64,000 bases of DNA from Camelus dromedarius (Eukaryota): assembly GCF_036321535.1 (NCBI RefSeq), contig NC_087436.1, forward strand, positions 61,816,001-61,880,000, in the 5' to 3' direction. Position 1 is the stretch's first letter; each line of letters starts with the position of its first letter. The translations under genes were made by a program, and so were the position numbers. The notes below the pieces were generated by a model that saw nothing but the letters and a program-made list of their open reading frames with translations, had not been told where the DNA came from and searched no databases. Positions 23,326 through 36,894 of the stretch are shown one piece after another.

Positions 23326-25749
23326 TTTATACTAACATATTTTAGTTTATGTCATAAATATTGCAATATCATCTATTAACTATTATTACTGAAAAATCTT
23401 GGGGATTAAAATCTAAATTCTGTTATTTTTCAGGAGAACCTGGCAGTAGGATGTTTTAGTTAAATACGACCTTATTCTTTTAAGATGATGTTGATTCTGA
23501 GGGAACAACTGCTGTTTTGAAGGAACTTGCTAGAATCTCCCTCCTTTTGCTATGTGTAAGAAGCTGTACTTCTAAGGGTTTATCTAGTTAAGCCTATGCA
23601 AAGTAAAGGAACAAGAATTTACAGCTCAAGGCCTCTTGGTTTCTGTCTTAAATGTGCACAAATCTGGAATAAAGGGGGAATGGATCTATTACTGTGATAA
23701 AGGTGTTTTGGCCTCTTTTTCTCCTTTTAAGTGCACTTCCCAATAGGCATCTCTCCTTCATCATTTAAATAATTGGCATGCAGTGCAGCCCTTGGCAGAA
23801 GGTGGGAGCTTATTTATGTCTCCTCTTTGTCTGTAAAGACAAAAGAGAAGAACAGATGAGATCAGATCAAGGAGTACTTTGTTTTGTAATCTCTCTGGAG
23901 AAATCTGGGAGTTCCCTCCCTTCATGCTCATATTTCTTGTTGTAAAGCGCTAATGAAGACACTAATTAGCTGTTCAGTGGCATGGGCTTCCCTTGGATGT
24001 TTTCAAGACCTACTTCTTTCCATTAGGCATATGCTTCTCTTGTATGTTTCTTGCTGCTCTTCCTAAATTTTTTCTGTGAGATGGAAGAGAAGACCAAATC
24101 AACAGCAATTCTTCCTCTTTTTTTTTCAGATTCAATATATATCTAAAAGCTCATATTAAGTGCATGTCAAAGAAGATTTATTGCAATCAGGCAAACACTA
24201 AATTGGCAACACATCAGGTAAAAACAAAGTGCCACTGTCTACAATAAAGCTCCAAGATAAGTCCGTACCTTCTCCTGATAGATGTCCTAGCTAGAATATT
24301 TATGTTCTCATTAGCATGTTGCAATACTGAGTGCAAAAAGTGATATGGCCAGGTTTTCTTTAATGATTAGAAACCTGTGATTGCCAATAGTTCTGATCCT
24401 TGCTCATCCTAAATTAGAACTGGACTGAATACATCATTGATTTTATTGTGTTCACTGATTTTCTTTATTCAAAAATATGTAGTGAGTGCTTCTTCTTCTA
24501 TTCAATATATTTTTGTATAAAAACATCATAATAGGTAAAAATGTACCAAATTCATCAAACTAAAAGACAGATCTATTTGATAACATAGTTAATATCAAAA
24601 ATTGGATTTTGATTGATTCAATCTAGCAACAGGAATTTTGATATGAAAAAAATCTAAAAATTCACACAAGTGCAGTATTTGAGACATCCTAGGATTTTAG
24701 CTTACTCCATATTTATTTTGAGTCAACAGTATTTTGCACTGATTAACAAACAAACAAACAAAAACAAACAAAATATGAAAGGAAAAATTATTAGGCTCTT
24801 AGGATGCAATCATAGAATCATAGAAGAACGTGCTTCTAAAGAGACATTAAAGGACTGGAATTAATCTTACAATAACAATCAGGATAGTGAAGAGTTTGAC
24901 TACCAGTTTGAAATAAGAAGCTGTTAAACTTGAAAACTGAATGCTTAGTACCACAGAGTTATTTTTCAATATTGGAATTATTCTACACGGTCACAGAGAT
25001 TATCTGTCCATCAGTTTATTTACTCATGAATTAATTTATGATTTTATTTATTCAGAAATATTCATTCACATATATAACAAATAGTACACATATTAACTGT
25101 GTGATCATACTGCAGTGATGAACAGAAGAGAAGTGGTCTGATCTATTTCAGATTGCAGAATGAAAGGACAAACACCATCGGCCAAAACAAAGTCAAAGCA
25201 AGGAGATTTCAGATCACTATTAAAAAAAAAACAACTTTTTCTCAAACAAAACTTCTCCCAAATGGAATGTATTCCTCAGGGCTGATGATTCTGTTTCTGT
25301 TTTTGTTACTAGAGGGATCATGTGTACCAAATGGCCACTTGTTTGAAAATGTAAGCACTGAGTGAAGTCCTGTATCAAGACTCTCTCTATAACATTTTAT
25401 GAATATATCTCTACTATAGTTTTTATTTTTGAGGACAATTAAGTCAGGTAAACTCAAATAGGATGTTATGACAATAAAATAATGAAATGACTTTTTTTCA
25501 TGAGTAAACTTATGCTTAACACAATCAACGTGAAATCCTGTTTTCAGACTTCCTACTTATTCACAACTGTTATAGTCTATCACTTCAGAGTTCTCAGAAA
25601 AATAATACTCATAAAGCTTCCAAATTGTGAAAGTTGTTATTGTGTTCATTGAGGCTGTTATTGAGTTTACTGATATGGGACAGGGAAAATGAAGATGAGA
25701 CAGAAGATTCCTATTCTGCATCAAGGAGAGTTCATAAGAAGGGTTATGA

Positions 25750-26170
25750 AAGTGCAGGTTTTAAAACCCAACTCCAATTTGGTTAAGGTAAAAGCAATGT
25801 AGTTATACATGACTACTTGCAAGTCTAATGATGGATAATGGTTACAGGAAAAAATGTTTTTCCTCTTCCAACTGTTTCCTCAAATATTTGCCTTTTTCTC
25901 TCTCAATCTCTTGGTTCTTCTTTCTGCAGTGGTGACTTTATTCTTAGGCAGCCTCTCTACATCTGGCAACAGTGAGACCCTCTAGTTGATCCTGATTAAT
26001 AATGTCTAAGGGACTTGCAGTATTTGATTGAAGGAATCCTTCTTCCATGTAACATGCTTATTGATTTCACCAACATGCTTCTAATTGACCTTCCTTGGGT
26101 CATATGTACACTTGTATGCTCAACCTTATCATGGAGATTGTGGTAATGGAAGGAGTATGATTGAACAGTC
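25750..26170 (-). mobile_element. Old MaLR LTR fragment (MLT1K-like)
   Basis: 'aaaacccaactccaatttggttaaggtaaaag' and 'attgaccttccttgggtcatatg'. Confidence 0.45.
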
Positions 26171-28514
26171 TCATACTGTTGGGGAATGATAATTCTCTTA
26201 ATAGATTAGTTGCTTGGTAGACAAAAGTATGCCAGAAGACCATTAGAAATACTGTCCTGCTAGCTTCATTATTTTTGGAGTTTGCATGATACAACTGGGT
26301 AAATATAATATCAACCACAAACTTTTATCAGCAATAGAGAAGTTTTACATGTTATTAGTGCAAGCCTCATACTCTTCTCCAAGATCTAAAAACAGATAAG
26401 ACTCCAAAGGCACCCCAGAATTAGTAAGTCAAAGAGATGTGTCGTCAAATCACAAAAAATTTATTTTACAACTTTCTCTAAGTATCTTTCTCTACTCTAA
26501 CAGATTTCTACCTATGTGAATTAAACCTTAATTATATTACTTGCAGCTTTGTGCTTAACTTGCTCAGGTATTGAATGACAATACTTCATATTATTAAGCT
26601 TTTTTCACGTAAAGGTGGTATATAATATTCATGGCATCCTCCTGAAGATGACAGGCATTATTCTCATTCTGTAGATGGAAAATTGGAAAGCTTTCAAATG
26701 GCTTCAAATCACTGGCTAGTTGAGAGCTAAGTACAGTCATTCTAACTGGCACTTCAGTGTTCTATCTGCCAAACTCAGAAGGCAGAATGTTATGAAGTTT
26801 CTTCTTTGACTCATTTCAATTCAATTCAACTCAATTTGATTCACTAAGCAGTATTAAGAACCTACAGTGTGCTCAGTGTCATTCTAAATACCTTGAGCTG
26901 TGCAGAGGATGCAAAAGGCAAAATCCCTTAACCTTTAATGTTTCCTAATTCCTAATCACAAATACTACACATAAACTCAAGGAATAGCTGCATAACGATT
27001 AAAAACATGTTAATATATACTCAGATTCTTAACTGCAGAAAGTGGTAGAGATAATAAATGTAATTATACTTAAGATATTCTGTTTAGCATTGATTCTCTC
27101 ATATACTGAAATACAATTTAAAATTTTGTTTTTGTAATTTATCTACTCTAAATTAGTTTTTGTATACCTACAGTAAACTAGCCAAGAACTTACGTGCTGC
27201 ATGCAAAAAAATGGTGACTAAAAAGTACTATTCTGGTCCTCATAAAATTACATGTTACAGGAGGAGAGATATTACTGAATATATATACCAACCAACAATA
27301 AAACTTATTACACCTACCCTGAAGGGAAAGTCCAACTTCTAGAGATAGTGTAACAGGGAAACTGGCTTGGGTTTGAAGAAGGGAATTGAAATTGTTAAGG
27401 CTGAGTCTTTTAAACTGAAACTTGAGGAATGAGTAGAAGTCAAATAAGGATTGAGGTAAAGAGCATTCCTAGAAGAAGGAAGAACTTGATGATACACCAT
27501 CTCAGAGAATAGCTTAGAACAAGGTAAATAAAACAAAGGCACATATTTAAATATACAGCAATGTAGTTTTTCTTAACTTGTTCTTTAGATGTATGAAACA
27601 AATGGAAATTTGTCATTATGTTTGTTCAGAAAATCAGCAGGTGTTGAGGGACTAAGGAATATAAGGGAAAGCTCAAAGGGAAAAGACAGATGACTTTAGC
27701 AAGAATTTGTGGGTAGATTTGGTGACAGCTCTAGAAATCAGAACAAAAGAAATTAGGATTATCCATAGTTGTGCTCTAGCAAAGGGGTTTGAAGTTACTT
27801 GTGAATATTTTAGACTCAAGTCACTGAATGGTAGAAATTCATTACAGGATGTTTAAATGTCTTTCTGTTTAATAGTGTGTTATCTCATTAACAATCTTAA
27901 TGAATTCAAAAGCAAATCTCATAATTTTGTATTTTCTAATCAGTACTTAGAACATTGTCCTGCGCATGATAGGTGTTCAGATAAATTTTATGGATTGATT
28001 GAGGCAATAACATCAGTGGATAACTTTAGTAAAACTATATCAAAATAAATATAAAGTTTGGAGTAGGTATATGCTTTTAAGAGACTTGTTGCAATGGTTT
28101 CCTATCAGTTGCTCCTTTTGCCCACTGTGGGGCATCTTGTGCATCACAGCACTCATCCGTCTATACCAGAGTATGTCTAGTGTCTGATTGCTCCTGTTTT
28201 GTGAGCCCAGGCAGTGACTGTGCTGGATTCATTTGTATCCATGGTATCTATAAAGTATGTGGTGTAAAATAAGTATCTTATATTAATTGAGTGGCAGAAT
28301 GAATAAACAAATGAATGATGCAGTCATCTTGGATTAGCAGTTGGTTAAAACGGATGTAGTTGAAGGGAAATAAAAGAAGCACTCTGTAAAACACATATTG
28401 GGCACTTAAGAATTGTGTCCTGAATAGATAAATCTGCACTGGAAAAAATCTATATGATTTGACCAGATACTAGATATGTGAAAGGCAGTGATGTGTGGAA
28501 CTATACAGAATATT

Positions 28515-28690
28515 CATACTTTCAATGTTTTTCAAAATTTGTTCATAAGAATCACTTAAGGCCTTTTTTTTTAAAAAAGTGCACATTTACTGATGTCAAC
28601 CCATCAAGGTTCAATTCAGTAGATTTAACAAGAATACCAGTACTTCTATTGCAGATGGCCAAGACCATACAGACAAATTCTGCGTTAGAT
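28515..28690. mobile_element. MER5-like hAT MITE remnant
   Basis: 'tttttcaaaattt...cataagaatcactt...aaaaagtgcacatt...ttcaattcagtagat'. Confidence 0.45.
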
Positions 28691-29199
28691 ATAAATAGTG
28701 GCATCATTCACTCTATTTGAAAAATTGAAAGGAAGATAATTTTGTCCCCTTTGAGTTGGTAAAGGAACATTTTGAACAACTTAGATCTGCTCTTTTGTAA
28801 CAAAAATTTGTTGAAAGGAAGAAGTAACATATGATGCTATTTTTTCCCTTTGATGCTTGACCTGGAGAAAAGCAGCATGAATTGTAAGCTGACTCTCAGT
28901 ATTATGCATTATTTAAACACCTTAACCAAGCCTTTAGGGTATATTTCAGCAGTTTAAAAACAATGCTCTACACAGAAATCCTGCTGGAGCTTTCCTCATA
29001 CCTATGGATTCATAAGCAATTATGATGTTCTTAACACCAGGCAGGGAGGTGACCAAAAAGAGTAGGTCATGGAACCACTATAAACTGCAAGGCCAAATGT
29101 TTATCTAGCATGGCCAATTTGTAGCAGAGTTTCCCAGAGTGCTGCTAATCTCCTTTGAAATGAAATATGAGATAGAGCCGTATGAAGAAGGATTGCAGG

Positions 29200-30000
29200 T
29201 CTGCTTGGCATTCATCCCCGCATCTTCTAGGAAGACCTATTTCTCCCACTCCAACCATGTGGTTTCAGTGGGATTTCTATGTCCTCATATTCTTTTGGAA
29301 TCCTGGCGATGGTTAGTTTCAATGAAAATGGGCATCCAAACCAGCTGGGATCTTCAGCGGCATGTATTGGAAGTCTTGAACTAGAAATAGAGCAATGCGT
29401 TCGTACCCCATGTCTCGTAGTGAGATGGATGTGCTATAGCAGTTGTTTTCTGCGTTAAAGACTGGCTCTGCCAAAGAAACCAAGAGGCTATGCACGGGTG
29501 CAGGGGAGTGAGGTTAGAAGGAAAGAGATAGAGGAGAGAGACTGAAGGAGAGTTCAGCAGCAGTCTAGTCCCTTGTTCCCTGTTTCTTGGAGACCATTTG
29601 CCTTTATTGTGGCCACATACACTTTATGAGAACTCTCTCAATTTGCCTAAATACATTTGAGTTTAAAAAACGGACTTCATTTTCTGGAGCAGTTTTAGGT
29701 TGACAGCAGAGTTGAGCGAAAGGTAGAGATTTCCCATTTAACCCTGCCCCACATATGCACACCCTCCCCTTTATCAACATCCCCCACCAGAGCGGTACAT
29801 CTGTTACAATTGATGAACCTGAATTGACACATCAGTACCTCCCCAAGTCCATTGTTTACATTAGTGTTCACTCTTGGTGTTGTACATTCTATGAGTTTGG
29901 ACGAATGTATAATACCATGTATCCACCATTGCAGTATCACAGAGTAATTTCAGCGCCCTTTAAATTTTCTGTTATTACAGCAAAGGCTTTCTAACAAATT
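29200..30000 (+). mobile_element. MaLR LTR (MLT1J-like) interrupted near its 3' end by L1MC
   Basis: 'ccactccaaccatgtggttt'; the 3' end 'tttgagttt' resumes after the L1 piece as 'tttctgttattacagcaaaggctttctaac'. Confidence 0.55.
29665..29965 (-). mobile_element. L1MC1/2-like 3' end
   Basis: 'agcagttttaggttgacagcagagttgagc', 'atcaacatcccccaccagagcggtacat', 'ttcactcttggtgttgtacattctatg'. Confidence 0.88.
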
Positions 30001-32037
30001 TGGATGTGGTATTATTCTTCAGTGACTTCCATTACCTTGTGAGGTGTTAACTTTGGAGGAATAACTTCTGATATTATGAAACTAGCTCAAAGTTTGGCAT
30101 AACTATGTATTACATTGTAAGAGAAACTCCTTAAGGAAAAAAAACGCACAAAAAAAAAAAAAAAAAACCAAAACTTCTGCTTTCTGCCCACACTCCCATC
30201 TCAAAGATAAACATTCAAGAAAACACAGCATCTACAGAGGCCTTGAATGTGGGGAATAACATCATTTTTAAATCTCATTTTCTTAAGTATGTTTCTCTTA
30301 CACTTCACCCATCAAAAATTATGCTTTTAATTCTAATGACTCTTGACTAAGGTCTGTTTGAGTGTATCCTTATGTTGCAGAGATATTTTGCTCAAATCCT
30401 GTTTAGATTATGTATTTTTTATTAAGTTATTCATGTTTTCCTGTCTCAGTAACAAATGGTCCAAAATGTTTTTTTTAACAATCATAAAATCTGTTTGCTA
30501 ACTGCCCAAACTTTTACAAAATTCAGTCCCTCAAATTTCATTGTCTTAAACTTAAAACTCACCCATGCAATTATCTGAAGTTCATCCATCATCTTTGATG
30601 ATGTTCTGATTTCCCTGCCACTTGGTGAATGATGATTACCAACTTTGCATTGTCTTTCTGCTTTTACTGTTAAGATTTTTCCTTTAGATTTGAGGTTGCT
30701 GTTTTCTTATAAATTCCTATAAATTGTTTCTTAATATTTTCTTAACTTTGAATCTTGTACCTATGTTACAATTTGATTTTTTGGTTCTGTGACCTCAGGC
30801 TACCTGCACACAATTTTCAGAGTGTAGGGAGGAAGAACATGTTAGAAAACATATGTGAACTCACAAGAAGATACATTAGATTACCCCAATATTTTAGCAG
30901 AAAGTACTCCATTTCTCTGTAGACTTCATAAAACACACACTACGAAATAGCTGAGGCGAATGGGAAGGACAGTTCTAACAGCAAAGTTTCTTAAAGAATG
31001 GAGAACTTGGTCTTGCATCTGTCCTCTCAGAATTCAGCAACTGGAGGAGATGATGTGGCCAAGAAAGGTGAACGGTGACTTCAAACGACATGGAAGCCTC
31101 ACAGGTGAGGCTCGAAGGTCCATCTATACTTTTTACTGTCCTGATTTGGAACATATTCCTGTTTTGCATAAAATGGACATGTGTTCTTCAAACCCTAATA
31201 AAATGAATATGTGAGCCATGTCTAAGACAATTTCCTGTTACTCACAATATTAGGAGAGAGTCAAGAGGGAGATTTTTTCAAGTTAAGCTTATTACATGTG
31301 AACATGTTTAATCTTTAGAATGAGAAAATAGATATGAAATAAAGGTTTTTGTCATTACTTTCTAGATGCTATGCCTGTCAGTTTTTCTTACTTATATTGC
31401 TCTCCAGATATTCTTCTGTTTAAATCGAGAACTTTAGAATTCTGACAAGCTTTCCTACACATTTTCTAAGCTTCCGAGAATATTTCAATAGTTGAATTTT
31501 AGCTGCCAATCATTATGCATTCTCTAAGTGAAGACTTGTTACATAATATTTTTTATAACTTTTATAATAGAAATCTATAATTATCCTCATTTTTGTTGTG
31601 AAGATTTCAACACATTGAGAGTTTGTTTAAATCATCTTAATTTTTGAAAATAGGGAAAGCCTATCAGAATACCAGTCTTCCTACTAGTTTGTGTGCTCTG
31701 TGAAGGCAGATTCTACAGTGTACATCCTCAGGGGCTCTCATTTATTAAATGAATGAAAAAAATGAAGCAAATTTAAAGTTGAGAGTTACGTTCCCATTGT
31801 CTTGACTCGCCGTCTTTCTGTTTTCCTTAGATTAGGTCAACTACTAGAAGGGTTTTTCCAAAAGGATATACTAGATGACATTTGGAGTGACATTTCTTTA
31901 TAAGCATGTTTATTTTGAATGAATTTATGTATGTAAAGCATTTAGGACAGTCCTTGCTCAATGTAAAGATACATTTTTTCTTTTAACTTTATTATTATTA
32001 TAAAGTGTCTATTTATGATTTAAATTCATATAAATGC

Positions 32038-32106
32038 TACTAATACCCACTCATTAAGGAAGAAAAAGCATTTTGCTTTTTCTTCCTTAATGAGTGGGTA
32101 TTAGTA
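32038..32106. repeat. Perfect inverted repeat, 33-bp arms, 3-nt loop
   Basis: TACTAATACCCACTCATTAAGGAAGAAAAAGCA (32038-32070), TTT, then the exact reverse complement (32074-32106). Confidence 0.98.
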
Positions 32107-33469
32107 ACCACTCTCTTGATTCTTAAAGCTACTTTTCTCTTGTGAGAGCACCTACTCTAAGCCGTACCATAGATCAGGGATTTCTTCATACCTATTTGAT
32201 TAAAGAAACGCCCTTTTCTGTTTCTGACATGATGAATCGCTCTTGCTCTTTGAAAGGTGGCAGTGCAACATTAGTTTGATTTTTGTTTTGGGCTGTAATG
32301 ATCTTTGCTAATGGCCTATAGCAATAGATTCAGATGAAAAATTAAAATGTTTACTGTCCTTCCTCTGTATTATGTAAAAAGAGTTCCTCAGAGAACACCG
32401 TTTTCATCATCGAGGATGATTTATCCTGCAGGATTTATTTTGCTGTGAAATTCAGAGAACAGACACATTTCTGACTTTATATACCGTCTCATCCCTTCAT
32501 GAGGCAACAAGAAGTGAAATAGGCTCTCCGGAAACATTGAAAGCAGATACTCCTTGAAACAGTTTGAACTATTCAACATCCACAGCTAATTCTCTTATGC
32601 TTTGCTAAAATAGTGCAGTATTTAAATACTGAAAAAGCAATATACTGATAATAAAACCATTTCCAGGCAAAGAACTTAGAACAGGTATTTAGTCTGGGTA
32701 GTTTCATTATAAATGTCTGTGTGTCCTAAAAATATTTAAAGCTAATGCAAAGCAATGAACTGCATCTGGAGGAGAAGGCACATACCTGGTTTAATCAAAA
32801 CCTGATATGGGAAGGGATTTTTTTAAATGAAGATTCCCTTAAATAGAAAAACACTCTTTGTTGGGCTATAAATGCACAGATGTAATTAATTTAACTTTAT
32901 ATATGATTCACTTAACCTAAAGTTATGAAATGACTTCTGTATGCCAGGCATTTCTCCATTACCAGAAAATTCTGTGGTAATAAATAAGGCAGGTTAAATG
33001 TGTTAGCATATTAGAGCCCACAAACAAAAATTTCCAATAAAAAATAAAGTGTTAATTCTGACCATAGTTGAATATTTCACTGACTGCAACAAAAATGAAT
33101 TTATTTACAGTGCTTTCTCATTTCTGTCGTTTTGTTCCGTGTGGTTTTCAACTGTTGTGTATAAGTGTCCAAAATAAGCATGATATGCTCTGAGTGCACA
33201 AGAAAGAAACAGTAAGAAGAAACATCTCAGATTTAAAATGAATCAATTCTTGCTAATTAGGTGATAGAAGGCTGTTAACTATATTATAACCAAATCATGA
33301 AAAACATTAGTTTAAAAGTTTCTTAATATGTTTACATTTTCCAATAAGTTCTTTATTTCTTTTTCCCTGCTGCTCTGTCTCTCTCTTTTTCTTTTTGGTA
33401 ACTAAATTTTTCAAACGACTATTATAGTGTTGTTTACCAATTTTGTTTCTTTGCCTCTAATCTTTAGGG

Positions 33470-33660
33470 TAGTGGTTGAATGAGGTCACACAGATCACAC
33501 CCTAGTCCTGCTCCAGTGGGGAGTGGAGACAAACACTTAAATTTTCTAAACTTTAGCTTCCTTACCTGTGCACACAGATAATTATAGTACTCATCTCATA
33601 TTATGGGAATTAAATGAGATTATGCACATCAACTCTTAATATAAGTGTTCAATACGTATT
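33470..33660 (+). mobile_element. MIR SINE
   Basis: 'ctttagcttccttacctgtg...ataattatagtactcatctcata...aattaaatgagat'. Confidence 0.65.
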
Positions 33661-35330
33661 ATTTATCTGAAATCTTTGACTTTAAAAATTGTAATGTCTG
33701 AAAGTGAATTTTAGGAAAAGGTAGTTTTCACTGGGGTCAAACTGACAGCATAAGATCTGTTAGTGATCAAACTGGTCTGAAGTCTGTACTAAAAAGAATG
33801 ACATTTTATTCTGTGAATTAGATACCAGTGGGCAATTGTAAGTAAAGCCAGGAAGAAAGTCTGCTTTTACTCAGAGCTTTAGGTTCTCAAGAAGTGTTTA
33901 CACAGGCGTCCACTGTAATTTCTTCCCAGGAGAGAAATGCAGGTTTATGCATTCCCCTGCTCTTCCCAGGTGGGGCTTCACCTCTCGTTTGCATGTCCTT
34001 TTGAGATTGGTTGTTTATGGAAGGTGAGGGCAGAGGAGGGAGAAAGGCAACAGAGCTTTGATTGTGTTTCACTTCCCCTGAGCATTCTTAAAGTGGAGGA
34101 AATTTGAAATCAATGTCTGAGTGCTACATTTTGAGTCATCTACCCTCCAGTAAATGTTCATTATAGAGACATGCTAAAAGTGAAAGTTTTTGTTTCTATG
34201 TAGTAAAAGTATCACATAATTTTCTATTTTTGTGTCAAATTGACTTCAAAATTCTCCTTACAGAATATCAGCAAAACTTAAAAAAAAAAAAAAAAAAGAA
34301 TTTGTCTGCAATGCAATGATTTTGTAAAAACTAGGATGTCTACCAAGTGACCTGTGATAAAATCTCACTATGACTGGATGGAGAGGTGTTTGATTTTTCT
34401 TAAATGTTAATCCTTGAATCCTACCTATGACTCAAAATCTGGTTTGGGGTGATTTCTTCAGACAAGCCTTTGAGTCCTTTAATACTTGAACTCTGAATCT
34501 ACAGAAATGGTCAGATTAAAGACTTACTTTTCTTTACAAATTCTGCATGTAGAAATAATGCACTTCTGTAAGTAACTGTTTATCATTAGCATTATCAGGT
34601 AAGGTGTATTTTGGCACAGAAATGAGCAGGCTACTAACAGAGCCTGTGTCCTCAGAGTTCAAGAATTATGAAAAATAATACATTCCATTATAGACAATAA
34701 ACCCCCAAGTATGTCATAACCTTCACCCAGTTTTGTGCTAGATTGCAAACATCACATAACCAAGACTGTGAGGAATGTCTGATAGTTGTAGAATTCTTTC
34801 AGGGTGATCGTGAGGATATGAAATCAGTTCACATTTATCTCCATTAATCACTTTAAGAAAATAACCAGTATTGTTTATTTGTGGTCAGATGCTAGAATTT
34901 CAAGATTGCCTTTATATTCCTAAAAGAAATGGGTGTTTGAATATGAGTGCTCCATTAGTAGATTAATGTCTAAACTGGTGCATGCATTGAGAGGGTAAGA
35001 TAGTATCCAAGGTATAATGGACCAGTGACACTTGTGTCTGCCTGTATTTGTGTCCTCAGAATGCTGCAATGTGCTGTTTCTGGTTGTGACAGGATTGTGC
35101 TACCCATCGTCAGTAGATCTGAAGTCCAGACTTGCATCCATTTGCCAATAGCAAAGTTTTGCTTGCTTCAGTTAAGCTCTGTTGCTCTGAGCACATGTGA
35201 CATGCCAGAGGTAAATTCTCTGTGGTGAACTGAATAGGCAACTGTCAGTTTACTAGGCCTTAAAACTAGTAGGGAGAGAAATCTAGAACAGTTTAATTCT
35301 CATAAAATGTTTACTAGTCCTTACTTTTAT

Positions 35331-35366
35331 ATCTATCTATCTATCTATCTATCTATCATCTATCTA
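35331..35366. repeat. (ATCT)n microsatellite, interrupted
   Basis: atatctatctatctatctatctatctatcatctatctat. Confidence 0.95.
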
Positions 35367-36894
35367 TTTTTTCTTCTCTGAGTGATTTGTATATATGTAT
35401 GTATGAAATATGGGTATATGTATCTACAGCACCTGGAGATGCAAAATTAAGCATTCATTTGTTTAGTGGGTCGCAAAATTGAACCCAAGCTGCAATACTG
35501 TAGTGCAGAGAAAATATAACTTCTTTGTTTAGGTTGTAAACAATCTGTTCTTCCCCTTCTAAGCCCCTTTCACTCATTGACAGTAAAAGCAAAATCTAAA
35601 TTTCTTATTCTTTTTAAGCCTTAGCCCAATCCAATCATTTAAATAGTATCTTCAGGTAATACCACCCTCTTAAAGAGTTCCATCAGTATTCTGCAACATT
35701 ATCTATCTTTTAGAAGGTCATATTTGGGGTTTGGGTGATCTAAGTATGGAAGAGACGAGGTACTGGGTAGAGTGACTCCTCACTCCTCTGATCTCCCGGA
35801 AATGTTTCTTGTCCACTTTACGTCTGGGCAATGTTCTTGCCACTGTAGCTGAAACCTCCTCCTCATCAGATCTTTTGGCTTGATGGTAATCCTGAGGCAC
35901 TGTCTGACTCAACTAGTTTCCTTCTCCAGCCCCAGCTGGAGACTCCTTGAATGGTTTAGCAGTGAATTTCTTTCAGTCCTGCTGTGGGTAATCTGCTATG
36001 TAGCTCTCAGTACACAACCATCTTCTCTTTTAGTATGTTCTCTACTCAGTTTCCCCATTGTTGGCTCTCCTGGTTCTCATCTAGTCATATAGCCCAAATG
36101 GTGACCCAGGAAGGTAGACATTCGAGTGTCAATCTGGATACAATTACCAGACTGCAGTAACTAAATTGGTAGGTCTGTACCCAACCAGGTCAGGAGTCAG
36201 TCTGAAATATAATCTTTTTGAAGATATATAGGGGTGAAAGTAGATAGTGGTGAAGTGAGGATGGCAAAAGAACTTATCATCTTTGTTCTTAATTTTACCC
36301 ACACTTATCTAATACAGCCTACTATCACTTAGCCAAAGTCTTGAAATGGGAACATCAAGATACATATGAATAACCACTTATCTCTTGTTTCTTTTTCTCC
36401 TTTCTCTCCCTCTAAAACCCATAGCTTGAGATAGACAGGTCAAAGGGGCATTTTTACCTTGGTAGATTTCTTTAGATAGAATTCCATGAACATAGATCTC
36501 CCAGGCTTGATTGTTTAAATGCTAATTAGGAAATAAAATAATTTAGAAAATTTTCTTCTAAGGCAGTAACCTGCCATACATAGGACTATCACTGGCATTG
36601 GTGAAACAATACTGTACAATCACTTTGCTGATTACTTTGGTCTTTCTTCACTTTTCAGATTGGCTCTATTGAAATATTTAATAAGGACCTGGGGTTTCTC
36701 CTCTCACATTTAATATTAATTACCAGGAGTACCTTAAAATGAATGAATGAAGTCACAGTCATAATCAGAAGACTGATTTTCTCACCTTAAATCTTGGTAA
36801 TTCTTAGGAAAATTGACAATGACATATTGTTCTGTCCAGTTCTTATTTGCCTTTTATCTTGTTCATGATCCATAAAGAAAAAAAATTACACATG

